Assembly (NCBI RefSeq): GCF_006345805.1
Contig: NC_043008.1
Coordinates: forward strand, 6,386,001-6,450,000
Direction of reading: 5' to 3'
Source: Octopus sinensis
Lineage: Eukaryota
Length of the DNA: 64,000 nt
A program made the translations under genes and the position numbers. This document shows, in pieces, positions 37,725 to 51,015 of the stretch; within the stretch, counting starts at the first letter, position 1, and the number at the start of each line of letters is the position of its first letter. The notes under the pieces are model-generated. The model was given only the letters and a program-made list of their open reading frames with translations. It was not told the origin of the DNA and made no database searches.

Positions 37725-38339
37725 TTTGAAAACAAATCTGACACAGGAGGATTTTTAATTGTTCAACAATCTCCAAGACCCAAACAGTCAGAGCACCAAC
37801 CATTTAACCCATTTTCAATATCTTTATTAATTTTTCAACAGAATCAAATATTTATTTTAAATAAAAGTCATTAAACTAAAGTTTACTCTGCTTAAAATAA
37901 TTATTTCAACAATATTAAAAAAACAATTATATCACTAAACAGTGATAGTGCCAAAGTCTCAACTTCAACATCAGACTGACCCTTCTAATAAAGAAAATTT
38001 AAAAGATAATATTTTCAGAAATATATTTTTGGATATATTTTAGAATATAATGAATAGCTATAATGATTGATGGCCATTTCACGGAGAAGGAGAGGAAGGT
38101 TGCTTTCCACTTAATATAATAAGCACTCGTGACATTCTTTTAATATCGGTCTAAACCTGATTACTTCCAAGGTCAATATCTATAAGAGATAAAATAGTTT
38201 TAAAGAAAATATATGAAAAAATGCCCTTCCTTTATTTCAGTGTTTCTTAACCATTTACTACCCAAGTAACACCTTTAGTTCCTATTTTGCTCAGTATTTA
38301 AAAAAAAATTATATTACGTTTTTATAATTAAATATTACT

Positions 38340-38752
38340 CTTTTATTCTTTTACTTGTTGCAGTCATCTGACTGTGGCCATGCTGGAGCACTGCCTTTAG
38401 TCGAGCAGATCGACCCCAGGACTTATTCTTTGTAAGCCTAGTACTTATTCTACTGGTCTCTTTTGCTGAACCGCTAAATTACGTGGACATAAACACACCA
38501 GCATCGGTTGTCAAGTGATGTTGGGGGGACAAACACAGACACACAAACATATACACACACATACATATATGTATATATACATATATACGACAGGCTTCTT
38601 TCAGTTTCCATCTACCAAATCCACTCACAAGGCTTTGGTCAGCTATGAGGCTATAGTAGAAGAAACTTGCCCAAGGTGCCACGCAATGGGAATGAACCCG
38701 GAACCATGTGGTTGGTAAGCAAGCTACTTACTACACAGCCACTCCTGTGCCT
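38340..38752 (-). mobile_element. SINE family A, full length
   Basis: Reverse complement of the family A sequence. Confidence 0.9.
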
Positions 38753-38789
38753 ATATTAAAGAATTATATGAAAAAAATTATTGTTTATT

Positions 38790-39147
38790 TTCTATCTTTT
38801 ACTTGTTTCAAGCATTAGACTGTGGCCATGCTGGGGCACCACTCTGATGAATTTCTTTTTTTAGTTACATGAACTGACCACAGTAACTTTTTTGGTCTTT
38901 TTTTTAAGCCTGATACTTATTCTATCGATCTCTTTTGCTGTACTGCTAAGTTATGGGGATGCAAACATATCAACACTGGTTGTCAAGTGATGATGGGGAA
39001 ACAAGCACACACACGCACAAACACATGTAGGCTTCTTTCAGTTTCTCACAAGACTTTGGTCAGCCTGAGACTATAACTAAAGATACTTGGCCAAGGTGCT
39101 GTGTAATAGGACTGAACCCAGATCCATGTGGTTAGGAAGCAAGCTTA
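38790..39147 (-). mobile_element. SINE family A, degenerate
   Basis: Reverse complement of the family A sequence with deletions. Confidence 0.75.
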
Positions 39148-40105
39148 ACCAATTTATTGCAAATAAATCTTAACAACAAAAATCTCATAGGGTCTCCCAA
39201 GGGCCTTATGGACCCTAGTTGAAAAGCACTGGGCTTAAAGTATGAAAAATAAGTACAAAGAATTTATGAAAAAAATAATGCTGTCAAAGAAAAATATTTA
39301 ATATTGAATATTGTCAAATATTCTGAGATATCAACTGAAATGTTTACATTTCTGCAGAATCTCTTGTATTTTGTTATTCTTGATAGAGCAGAGGTGAACT
39401 ATCGACCAGGTGAGTCAGTCTGGTTTTAAATCTTAAGGTGCCGTGGTGGCAGAATGGTTAACAAGCTGAGCAAAATGCTTAGTTTTGATTTCAAATTCTG
39501 CTGAGATTGACATAAAGTATTTATTAAATAATAGAAGGCTAAAGTAAAACCCTGGGATTATGTGGTTGATGCCATGTTTATAATTGACGAAGGTGGTGAG
39601 TTGGCAGCAATTATTAGCATGTTGTGCAAAATGCTTAGCAGGATTTCGTCCATCTTTATGTTCTGAGTTCAAATTCCACTGAGGTCAGATTTGCCTTTCA
39701 TCCCTTTGAGGCCGATAAAATAAGAACCAGTTGAGCACTGCCTCCTCCAAGTTGCTGGCCTTGTGCCAAAATTTGAAAACAATATTGAAACTGTGCAGTC
39801 GTTTTACTCCTAGACAGCACACTAAAAATATCTGATATATATTTGTAAATTTGCACAAGCACATTAATCTATTTCTACACTTGCAGTGTCTGTGTGCATG
39901 TGTGTGTGTGTGTGTGTGTGTATGTGTGTGTGTATATCAAATGAGGGTGAAAAATTAGATATTAATTTAATTAACATCGATTTCACACCAGTGGTCAAGC
40001 ACATAAAAACTGAAGGTGCAGTAAAATTGTATTAATACATATTAGAGGGAAACCATAGTGGATCTATTTCTGGCATAAGGGTGTCCACATAGTGCTTTCC
40101 CTCTA

Positions 40106-40166
<61 letters not shown>

Positions 40167-40174
40167 ATATATGT

Positions 40175-40228
<54 letters not shown>

Positions 40229-40250
40229 TTGTATGTATGTATGTATGTAT

Positions 40251-40434
40251 CGTGGATGATTTTCTTCCTCCATCTTCCTTTCTATTGGACTTTCCTCTGT
40301 TCCTGAAGAAGAGTGTTGCTTGAAACATTAAATCATCTTTCTTTCCTTCCCTGAGAGTCTGCTAATACTTTACATGTACCACGTCCTTGCGTTGTTTCCT
40401 TTTTTGTGTTTGTTGTTGCACTTTTTTGATTTAC
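40251..40434 (+). mobile_element. H2 short element, second copy
   Basis: Same termini as 17188-17364; CTGAAGA-a-gagt(gtt)gctt-GAAAC-ATT at 40303-40329. Confidence 0.65.
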
Positions 40435-40475
<41 letters not shown>

Positions 40476-41815
40476 GTATGTATGTACATACGTACATATG
40501 TACATATGTACATACATATGTACATACATACATATACATACATACATACATACATACATACATACATGCATGCATACATACATACGTACGTACATACATA
40601 CATACATACATACATACATACATACATGCATGCATACATACATACGTACGTACATACATACTTACCAAGATTAAGCTATGTTTGATGTGAAAAATAATTT
40701 CCAAGTGATGATTATTGTTAAATATAGTTTAATGATAGATTGTCAGCCGTACAGCTGCAATCCAGACAAAGAACATAAGTGAGTCATGTGAAAATATTTT
40801 GAAGCTATGGATATTTATTTATCAAAGATGCAGAAGTAGGCCTTGCCGGAAGCGCATTTATTAATTAGTATCATTTGGCTGTATCAGTAAGAAAACTTGA
40901 GGTTATTCAGTGCATATTAGTTTTGCTGTGTGTCAATAGATATTTCCTATCTTCATCAAATTTCTTTAATACTTCGGCTGCCAGAGTCGTGACAGCTTAA
41001 GTGCATCCCTTCCTATCAATACATACTTAGACAGTAGACAGAAGCAATAAATTAGCAACGGTTGAGAACTGAATACTTTAAATATTATTTAGTGCGGTGT
41101 TTTTTTATTTTATTCAAAGTGGATAAACATAAAGATATCAGTGTCTAACTTTATGTGAAACTGGCAATTGGTTTAGCCATTATGATGTCAGTCTACAGAA
41201 TATGAGTGTCTTAGCCAAGGAAACGGTTTTATTGATAGAAACCATTGCAAGATGGAATGGTTTCAAATACTATGACACGTACTAAGAACCCTAATCAACA
41301 TAGAAATAATTGAGTTATCTCTGGTACAGAGCTGTGTAGACAGTAAGTAGAAAGTAAGGCTAGCTAAGTGTCGATGGAATCAAAATGAGAGTTTGGTACA
41401 AAATTTGTTTACAAAATGAAAACTGTGAAATATTAATAAAATTTTTTTTTTCCGTGTGCACACATATCTTTTCTGCTTTTGTTCTTTTCTTTGCCTCCAC
41501 CAAATAAATATTAAACATGAAAATAATTTCTGTTATGGAAGTTCTTTAATTGAAAATAGATAGCAAAGAAGATACAGAGGAATGTGATTTCTAATTACTT
41601 TTAGTTCCCAAAACAATAAAAATATCTTAGAAAAGTGCTAGTGGGGGTTGTACTGAATGCCATAGTCGAAATATTCTTCAAGTGATTGAAGTTTCCGTTA
41701 GACTTAGAGGAAAGAAACAAAAATCTAACAACAAAATTTTGTGATACTTAAAGAGAAGGGGAGATAATTTCATGAAATGAGAACTCCTCTCTCAGTTAAT
41801 TTACCTTTAGGTGGC

Positions 41816-41868
<53 letters not shown>

Positions 41869-42033
41869 TGTAATCTTCGTTTCCAGGTAAAGGGAAACTA
41901 GACTTTATTGTTTAATAGATTGAAACATTATTGCAGTTATTCCTTGCCAGCAAAGTAAGAGCATTGTCGAATGAATACACACGTGTGTTTATTTGGTCAA
42001 ACTCTCTGCTACACACACACTGTATGTATATGA

Positions 42034-42098
<65 letters not shown>

Positions 42099-42104
<6 letters not shown>

Positions 42105-42311
42105 GGGGTGCTGAAAAGTTCCTTATTTTAAGGGTATCATGAAAGGCCTGGCTGGAGGCCCAACATTTTGAGTTCTTTTACAGGGCTTAGAAAAACTGAA
42201 GGACCACTGCAATAAGTGAGTGAGTCAGGGGGGAATATGTTGGATAAAATCATAATTAACTGATCCTCCTATATTTCCTTTTACCGAAAGCCAGGAACAT
42301 TTCAGCATACC

Positions 42312-42317
<6 letters not shown>
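42099..42317. mobile_element. mariner-type MITE
   Basis: TIRs gaaggggtgctgaaaagttcc / ggaacatttcagcataccctc, within (TA)n. Confidence 0.75.
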
Positions 42318-42360
<43 letters not shown>

Positions 42361-42362
<2 letters not shown>

Positions 42363-43560
42363 TCATCATCATCATCGTTTAACGTCCGTTCTCCATGCTA
42401 GCATGGGTTGGACGGTTCGACCGGGGATCTGGAAAGCCAGAAGGCTGCACCAGGCTCCAGTCTTATCTGGCAGTGTTTCTACAGCTGGATGCCCTTCCTA
42501 ACGCCAACCACTCCGTGAGTGTAGTGGGTGCTTTTCACGTGCCACCTGCACAGGTGCCAGGCGAGGCTGGCAACGGCCACGGTCGGATTGGTGTATTTTA
42601 TGTGCCACCTGCACGGAAGCCAAACGAGGGGGTGCTGGCATCGGCCACGAGTCGGATAGTGCTTTTTACGTACCACCAGACCAGGGATCCTGGCTGGTTC
42701 AATTCGATTTCGATTTCGCTTGCCCCAACATGTCTTCGCAAGCAATGGGGTTGGCATGGGTGCCTGTCGTACGGTCAGATTGGTGTATTTTACATGCCAC
42801 CGGCACGGAAGCCAGTGGAGGCGGCGCTGGCATCGGCCACGAGTCGGATAGTGCTTTTTACGTACCACCAGACCAGGGATCCTGGCTGGTTCAATTCGAT
42901 TTCGATTTCGCTTGCCCCAACATGTCTTCGCAAGCAAAGGGGGTTGGCATGGGTGCCTGTCATCGGATGAGGTTCTATATCGACTTCGCTTGCCTCAACA
43001 GGTCTTTGTGTCCAAGGGAGGGAAGGCATTCATAAGTGGGCTGGGCTCACTTGTCCTGCCTGGTCTTCTCACGTACAGAATATTTCCAAAGGTCTCGGTC
43101 TCTGGTCATTTCCTCAGTGAGGCCTAAAGTTCGAAGGTCGTGCTTCACCACCTCGTCCCAGGTTTTCCTGGGTCTACCTCTTCCACGGGTTCCCTCAACT
43201 GCTAAGGATTGGCACTTTCTCACACACCTATCTTCATCCATTCTCGCCACATGACCATACCAGCGCAATCGTCTCTCTTGCACACCACAACTGATGCCTC
43301 TTAGGTACAACATTTCTCTCAAGGTGCTAACGCTCTGTCGAGTATGTACACTGACATTACACATCCATCGGAGCATACTGGCTTCATTCCTCACGAGCTT
43401 ACGCATGTCCTCGGCAGTCACGGCCCATGTTTCACTGCCATGTAGCATGGCTGTTCGTACACACGCATCATACAGTCTGCCTTTTACTCTGAGCGAGAGG
43501 CCTTTAGTCACCAGCAGAGGTAAGAGCTCCCTAAACTTTGCCCAGGCTATTCTTATTCTT
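42361..43560 (-). mobile_element. 5'-truncated RTE-clade LINE with long 3'UTR and (GAT)n tail
   Basis: ORF 43047-43511 carries RTE C-terminal motifs (LYxxCVRxAMLHGSETW, RRLRWYGHVARM, GRGRPRKTW); (GAT)n tail at 42361-42377. Confidence 0.92.
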
Positions 43561-43564
43561 GAAA

Positions 43565-43779
43565 ACTGCTGAAAACTTCCTGGCTTTAAGGGTATTGCAA
43601 AAGTCAGGTTAGCAGCCCAACCTTCTGAGTTCTAAGCCCTTTTACAGGGCTTAGAAAAACTGAAGGACAGCTGCATTAAGTGTGTGAATTTGAGAAGGGG
43701 TTATGTTGAATAAAATCATAATTAACTGATCCTTCTGTGTTTTCTTTTACCCAAAGCCAAGAAATTTTCAACATCCATC
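43565..43779. mobile_element. Second, more degenerate copy of the same mariner-type MITE
   Basis: Shares tttacagggcttagaaaaactgaaggac and taaaatcataattaactgatcct with 42099-42317. Confidence 0.75.
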
Positions 43780-43994
43780 AGTCTTCAGCCCAATCCAGGT
43801 GACCCCCACTTCTGTCATAACACTCTTTCTCTTCCTTTATTGATTATTTCATCCCTCCACACACACACACACCTTGCATTTCTTTCTCCTTTCTTTTCCT
43901 CTTTCTCTTCTCTCTCATCTCTTCCCAACTTGCTCTTGCCATCTCCAATACCTTTCCGTATATTTTCACTCTCCCACACATTCCATTTCATTTC

Positions 43995-44222
43995 ATATTC
44001 TTCTTCTTCTTCTTCTTCTTCTTCTTCTTCTTCTTCTACTTCTTCTTCCTCCTCCTTCTTCCTCCTTCTTCCTCTTTCTTCTTCTTCTTCCTCCTTCTTC
44101 TTTCTCCTTCTTCCTCCTTCTTCTTCCTTCTTCCTCTTTCTTCTTCTTCCTCTTCCTTCTCCTCCTCCTCCTCCTCCTCCTCCTCCTTCTTCTTCCTCCT
44201 CCTTCTTCTTCTTCTTCTTCCT

Positions 44223-44263
<41 letters not shown>

Positions 44264-44270
44264 TCTCTCT
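43995..44270. repeat. (TTC/TCC)n plus (TC)n polypyrimidine tract
   Basis: Direct inspection. Confidence 0.95.
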
Positions 44271-45016
44271 CTCAATAAACCATTCCAAAGCTAAAATTCA
44301 ACGCAACCATTTCCAATATGGTAACAGTGTTCCTGATTAAAAGATATTTATCTCACATTGGCAATTTGCTTCGATTGCTGAAATCTCAGCTGAAGAAGGG
44401 GAATCTCGCTCGTGATTATGCATTACCTCACCCACCCCAGAGCCTCATTTTTTTATTTATATTTTTTATCATTGCTTTCACTGCTTTCAGACATTGGACA
44501 GTGGCCATGCTGGAGCACCTCCTTCCTTTCAAGGATTTACTCAATTATACCAGCCTCACTACATTGGTCTTGGTAGGTTGTACGAAATACATCACGCTAC
44601 CTTTTGTTTGAGGCATTAGTATATATACGTATTTACATTTGTGTGTATGTGCATATATATGTACAAGTGTATACATAAAGACACACAAACGCACACACAC
44701 ACACACGTATATGTATGTATATACATGTACGTTAAAATATGTTTGTCACATATTTCGGCTTCTAAAGATAAATTGACTTACAGTTACTGTGGAGGAAAAA
44801 ATTCTCTCTTATGGAGAAAAGGTGTAAAAATACTATATCTGTCCAGTACATGCACACTCACACACACACGTACACACATACATACACACACACACACGTA
44901 CACACATACATACACACATACATACGTACATATATACACACACGTACATACATATACACACACATACATACATACATACATATATACATACACACATACA
45001 TATCATGCATATATAC

Positions 45017-45049
<33 letters not shown>

Positions 45050-45434
45050 CTAGCAGTATCGCCCGGCGTTGCTCGGGTTTGTAAGGGAAATAACTATAAA
45101 GCATTTTTAGAGAGTTATAGCCAAAAAATAGCAAAAAAATGGGGAAAAAAATGATGGTAAATTTTTTTTGATAGTTAAAAAGGTCGAGTTGCGTCCCCTA
45201 GACCATCTGTGGTTTGTGTTTCTGATTGTCGACCCCATGTCGAATTTATCGATCTTTTTCAGAACTGGGGAAACTTTTCAAAATTTTCGCTGCGTTAGTT
45301 TTGAATTATGACATTGGGCTATGTGTGTGTCACGTTTCATCAGAATCGGTTGAAAGCCGTGGTCAGGGTGAGGGTACAACCTGACAGACACACAGAAACA
45401 CACACAGACAAACTGCCGTTTATATAGAGAGAGA
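45050..45434 (-). mobile_element. Non-autonomous Helitron
   Basis: On the minus strand it starts 5'-TC, has subterminal hairpin cccgagcaacgccggg (45062-45077), ends CTAG-3', and lies between A and T with no TSD. Confidence 0.82.
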
Positions 45435-45469
45435 TATATACACACACACATATATATATACATATATAT

Positions 45470-45528
<59 letters not shown>

Positions 45529-45997
45529 TACACACACACATATATAAATAATAAATGATGGATAGGTGTCACTTCACCTCCCTTGAAACCTATCTTTGTG
45601 TGTTCCAAAGTATATTATGGAGCAAATATTTAATAGAATGTGCATTTCTGAATTAGCCCAAGGACTGGTGATATTCTCAGATGGGTTCTTCAATTAACTG
45701 TATACACAGCCTGAATATCTTTCTGTCTCTACTTCAGTTCCAACATTTCTATTATTTATCTGTAATTGCTGTGTATGCATTTTTAATTTGGACTCAACCT
45801 GGTGCCTTACCATTATTTAAGTGCCTTATTCACCTAAATCTTAATATATATATACATGCATATATGGATACAGGACATCACCAACACTGCAAATAACATG
45901 AAATACATAAGCAATGAGAAAAACGGAAGACAGAACAAGTAAACACAGAGAAAGAACCCTTCATCAGTTGTCAGCTGTCTATCTACTCCTCATTTCA

Positions 45998-46047
<50 letters not shown>

Positions 46048-46049
46048 TA

Positions 46050-46238
46050 TAGTGTGAATTTATAAAAAACAAAAGACGAAGATGGGTGTGTAAACAACAA
46101 ACAGATGTATTAGTTTAACACTCAGGAAGTGAGAAAGTCTTACATTTCGAGCATACGCTCTTTGACAGAAAGGAACACAGAAATAAACAGGGAGAGAAAA
46201 TAGAAAATGTTTTAGTGGCTAGCGATCTATCATGCCGA
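46050..46238 (-). mobile_element. H3 short element, second copy
   Basis: Minus strand CTGTCAA-a-gagc(gtat)gctc-GAAAT-GTA at 46168-46141, followed by ttcctgagtgttaaactaatac. Confidence 0.6.
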
Positions 46239-46478
46239 ATATATATATATATATAAATATAGATATATATATATAAATAAAAAATGGAGTTAACGCAGGT
46301 GTAATCAAATATTTTTACTTTCGACACATGTTTCAAAATATTCAACGTAAACACGAAGTTTCTACCTTTATAAACAAGGAGTTACAACACCTTTACTTGT
46401 GAGATTTTTGCTGCCCTGGTAACTATTTATTTATTTTTTTCCGTGTTAATTGTTAACAAGGTAAAAATACACTCATCT

Positions 46479-46521
<43 letters not shown>

Positions 46522-46619
46522 TATGTGTGCTTAATACTGCATTGATGCATAAATGTTCTTTATTTGCCAAGTTAAACCCATTAGAATTAATGACGAGAAT
46601 TACGCTAAGCTTTGAACAA

Positions 46620-47245
46620 ATGAAAGTTCCCCAAAAAGTTTGGAAATTCAGTCAAAGAGCAAAGACAGTTTACAAAGGAGTTTCAAACAGAACAATCTAT
46701 GCAACTGACCATCACTTGAATTAGAGATAAATTTGAAGCAGAAGGAACTGCTCTGCATGTCCACAAGAAATGGTTAGAGAGACCACAAGCATCAGAAAGT
46801 CCCTTAAACAAAGAAAGGGCACCAGAAATGAAATACCAGAGTTCAAGATAATTTGAGTAGGAATCAAATTAAGAAATTTAATGCCAAGTGTCTATGACAT
46901 TTTGAAGTGTTTTATTGGAAAAGTTATGTTCCAAAAATTCTCCATGTTCTCAATGAACTCAATCCAGACTAAAGAGCGGAATTTTGTGAGTGGAATTGGC
47001 AAGCTGTATAGAAGAAGCATATTTTCCAATAAAGATTATATGGTGTGATGAGGCTATATTTAAATTAGATGGTTTAGTTAACTACCCACAGTTGCACCTA
47101 CTGGGTACCTGAGAATCTATATTTTACAGAGGAATGTCATGTTAATTTACTAGGAGTTACAGTATGGTGTGGCTTATCATCAAAAGGATTAATGAGATCA
47201 TTCTTTTTGGACAGTATTGTATCTAGTCCCATTTACTTGAACTTG
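46620..47245 (+). pseudogene. Tc1/mariner-superfamily transposase relic
   Basis: RDKFEAEGT (HTH region), IIWCDEAIFKLDGLVN (first catalytic D region) and GVTVWCGLSSKGL motifs with stops and frameshifts. Confidence 0.8.
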
Positions 47246-47779
47246 CTGTGCTAATCTGTCATGTGAAATGTCCCCAATGAACAGAGCTGAATTTCAAGTA
47301 CATAAGTTTGTTGTTAGGTCCTTCAACAGCTGACAAAATATATTTTGATGTGCTCATGGTTATGAATAAAACTTTATACATACACACACACACACATACA
47401 TATATATATACATATATACACGCACACACATACACTCGTATATATAAACACACATATGGATATATATACATACATACATATGCGTCCATATATAGATGTG
47501 TGTGTATGTTTAATCCATATATTTCGTCAGTTCCATGGTTAAACATTAAAATTATTGACACTCAAATTTCTGACTTGGTTTTTCTACATGGACTGACCTC
47601 TTATATACTTGTTGTTCACAATACACACACACATGTAACCTATACATATATACATACATGGTGGAAGTCGATTCCTGACCAAATAAGACCACTTCCTAAA
47701 TGCATTTCTTTCAAAGGAAACATCTCAAATTTGGTCTCCCATTGCTGAGGAAGTCTCGTATGGCTCCCATGATCTGTAA

Positions 47780-48640
47780 GGAACACACAAGTCATATCCA
47801 AGTCAGTTCTCCAGTAGCAGCAAAGCCTGGCCATCTTGATGCTGGGATCTACAACACTGAGTGAGTCCACTGGTTGCCCCACACATTCTGCTACACAAGG
47901 TGCACAAGAGACCAAACTGGATATTATATCGACAAAGGTGGGGCACCTCCATTACTACATTTGTGGTTGAATTGGCTTGCCTTTGAGAAGCAAACATCAC
48001 TGGTCACTCCCGATCTGATGCAAGATCTTACCAGGTATTGGTATGAAGATTGATCTTTCTAATTGGGTCTTTAAAATTGTCTTTGAAACACTTGTGCAAC
48101 TTACACTGGAAATGTGTTCCTTGCTTCAGGTCACTACACAACATCTGTTTTGGAATGCAGGTGTCCTCTAAATGAAACAAGATGACCAAACCATCTAAGT
48201 TGGTGTTTCATAATCACAGACGTGATACCTGTCATTTTTGCCAGTTACTCTCTTATCAAGTACACGAGTTGCCAAAAAATCTTCAGGGCATTATGCATCA
48301 TTAGAGGAACCACCCAAGACTTTGGATATGCCTACAATAGGTTGTCCAGGTCTTGCATCTATACAATAGCACTGTTTGGACACATTCTTCCTAAATCTCA
48401 ACTTTCGTTGATGCTTTGATGTCTGATTGTAACCAGAGCTTTGATTCCAGTTTTCAAAATGCATCACAGAACTTAGAAGGTCCATAATTGACTTCCTCAT
48501 CAAGTATATTAAATCTAGACTGTGCGCTACCAAGGCGGACAAATGTAGCCACAACTTCTAACTTTTTACCCTCAAAGCTAGTGTCCAGAAAAATTCGCAG
48601 AGCCCATTTGATCTGTTGAACAACATTAGGGATGTGGAAA
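47780..48640 (-). pseudogene. Degenerate RTE/BovB-like reverse transcriptase C-terminal relic
   Basis: Frameshifted translation contains HQLRWFGHLV, PKQMLCSDLKQG, KCFKDNFK and TWxDLASDR motifs. Confidence 0.75.
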
Positions 48641-49379
48641 AGGGAAACTTACAAATAGAAATAACTGTCAGTCTTTGACACAAAACAAATTCTGCTTGTG
48701 CAGACAGATGCGGAAAAAAAGGCCAAGCCTAACCATCAGAAGCTTCCTATAAAACATACATACATGCATACAAACATATATATGTGTACGCACACGCATA
48801 CACACTCACACACACACACATACACTGTACATGTATCCAGGTTTGTATAATAATGTAATAATTCTTCGGTTTGATGTACTGGTTGTACAATTCACTTACC
48901 AAGAATTGCATAGCAATTTGGTAGAGACTGATCAACAGAAAACTTATATTCTGATTTATGTCTTTTCCTTCTTAACGATCTTCCTCTCTTCCTCACCAAA
49001 CCTCCGCCCACCTCCAGTGCACTGCCAGTCTCTCTCTCTCCCTCTCCCCCCCTCTCTCTCTCTCATTGTATCACCTTTCTAATCTGCTCCCACTTGTTTA
49101 ATACTTGCAAATGACAACAAACAGAAAACACATCCTCTTAATACAATCAGCAATTCATGACTGATGTATTCTCTGCAAAGTTAATAGCATTAGGACGAGA
49201 GAGATGCATCGCTGTTGCTTCTTTTATGCTTCTACCGATTCTTGCAGGTCTTTTAACTGTTGATGCTTCTTCTCTTCTCCTTCTTTTCTTGTCTTTGCTT
49301 CACCATCTCCCCTCTCTCTCTCATTCACACACACTTATGTATATATGCAATGCTTTTATGTAAATGTATGAGATGTGTG

Positions 49380-49700
49380 AAGGTGCCTGGTTCAGTGGTT
49401 AAAGCATTGGGCTCACAATCATGCGGTAGTGAGTTCAATTCCCAGACCAGGCTGTGTGTTGTGTTCTTGAGCAAGACACTTTATTTCACGTTGCTCCAGT
49501 TAACCCAGCTGTAGAAATGAGTTACAACGTCACAGGTGCCAAGCTGTATCGGCCCCTTTGCCTTTCCCTTGGATAACATCAGTGGTGTGGAGAGGGGAAA
49601 TTGGTAGGCATGGGTGACTGCTGGTCTTCCATAAGCAACTTTGCCTGAACTTGTACCTCAGAGAGGAACTTTCTAGGTGCAATCCCATGGTCAGTGGGAT
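49380..49700 (+). mobile_element. SINE family C
   Basis: Similar to 13021-13354. Confidence 0.82.
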
Positions 49701-50689
49701 TTACCCTTTACTCTTTACCTGTATATATGTACCATCATCATCGTTTTGACGTCCACTTTTCATGCTGGTGTGGGTGGGACAGAATTTATTGAGGCTGATT
49801 TTCCTTTAGCTGGTCGTCCTTCCTGTGGGCATCTCTCATCTATTTCCAAGTAAGGTGTTCCCTTCCCAAGGCCAGACATGTTTTCACTGAAGATTGGAAA
49901 CGAAGGACATCACTTGTATGACGGTGATGCTCATTTACAACTACCATGAGATTGATTTTGTGAAGTAAGGTGTCTATGGAGTAGAAATGGAGGACAGCAG
50001 TAGAAGAAGCAGATATGAGTATTGTTCTCTTTCCTCTAATGAAACAAATAAATGAATTGTTCATCTGATTCGTTTTTCATGTTTTCCCGAAATGGCTTGG
50101 TTGTGAATAATTGTGTTTTCCAAAAATACATTATACAACTACAGCGAAACCATTTGATGACATCTTTTGCGAGATGTTTCTTTGAGGGTTTATCTGAATG
50201 AATTAATAACCTTTTAACAATTACAGCAGTTCGACTGGTGAAAACTCCCTTATGTAAACACAAACAAACATTTTTAAAGTTCCGCTTACCACAAAGGAAA
50301 AAAAAAACTTAAAAATCTTCCTCATCATGGTAACTTAAAGATTGCCTCCAACTATTATCTTGTTATTAAGGGACTTTGATTACAGCAGCAGAAATGGAAG
50401 GTGTTCTATGAGTGACATTTAGTTGTACGATTGCCTCATCAGCATGAAAGATTTCAAAATGGCTTGAAGACTTCAAAGAGCTTTATTATGACAACTACCA
50501 CAATTGTGATTTGAACAGCTACCCTCTTTTTTTTTCTCTCTCTCTCTCTACCCTTGGGTGTCATTTAAAAGAATTCTCTTTTTTGCTTTCATACATTTGA
50601 AATGACCTCGCTTTCTTCATTCTCTCTCACTCGTCCTTGTTTTTGAGAAGTTCTTCATTATTGAAATAAAAAAAAGCACAACCATCATC

Positions 50690-51015
50690 AGACTCACCAT
50701 CGAAACCACTAACATCACCACTACCACTACCGCTGCTGCCACGACAACGATGATGACAACCACCACCACCACCTCCACCACCAACACCACTACTACCACC
50801 AACAACACCTCCACCAACACCACCACCACCAACATCAACAACATCATCACCACCACCACTACCATCACCATCACCACCAACAACAATACCTCCACCAACA
50901 CCACCATCGCCACCACCACCACCATCAACACCACCACCACCACCATCTCCACCACCACCACCACCACCACCTCCACCAAAACCACCACCACCACCACCAC
51001 CACCACCATCACCAA
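50690..51015. repeat. Degenerate (ACC)n tract; similar tracts at 52225-52560 and 60950-61060
   Basis: Direct inspection. Confidence 0.9.

Larger units (their letters stand above)
38238..39231. mobile_element. hAT-like MITE interrupted by two SINE-A copies
   Basis: Ends cagtgtttcttaac / gttgaaaagcactg form imperfect TIRs; no 8-bp TSD seen. Confidence 0.45.

Noticed and set aside
42395-42970. 191-aa ORF with an internal repeat
   Set aside because: Antisense to the RTE 3'UTR; the repeat is the 192-bp UTR duplication.
43815-44340. Poly-E/R/S/L ORFs in several frames
   Set aside because: Artefacts of the (TTC/TCC)n tract.
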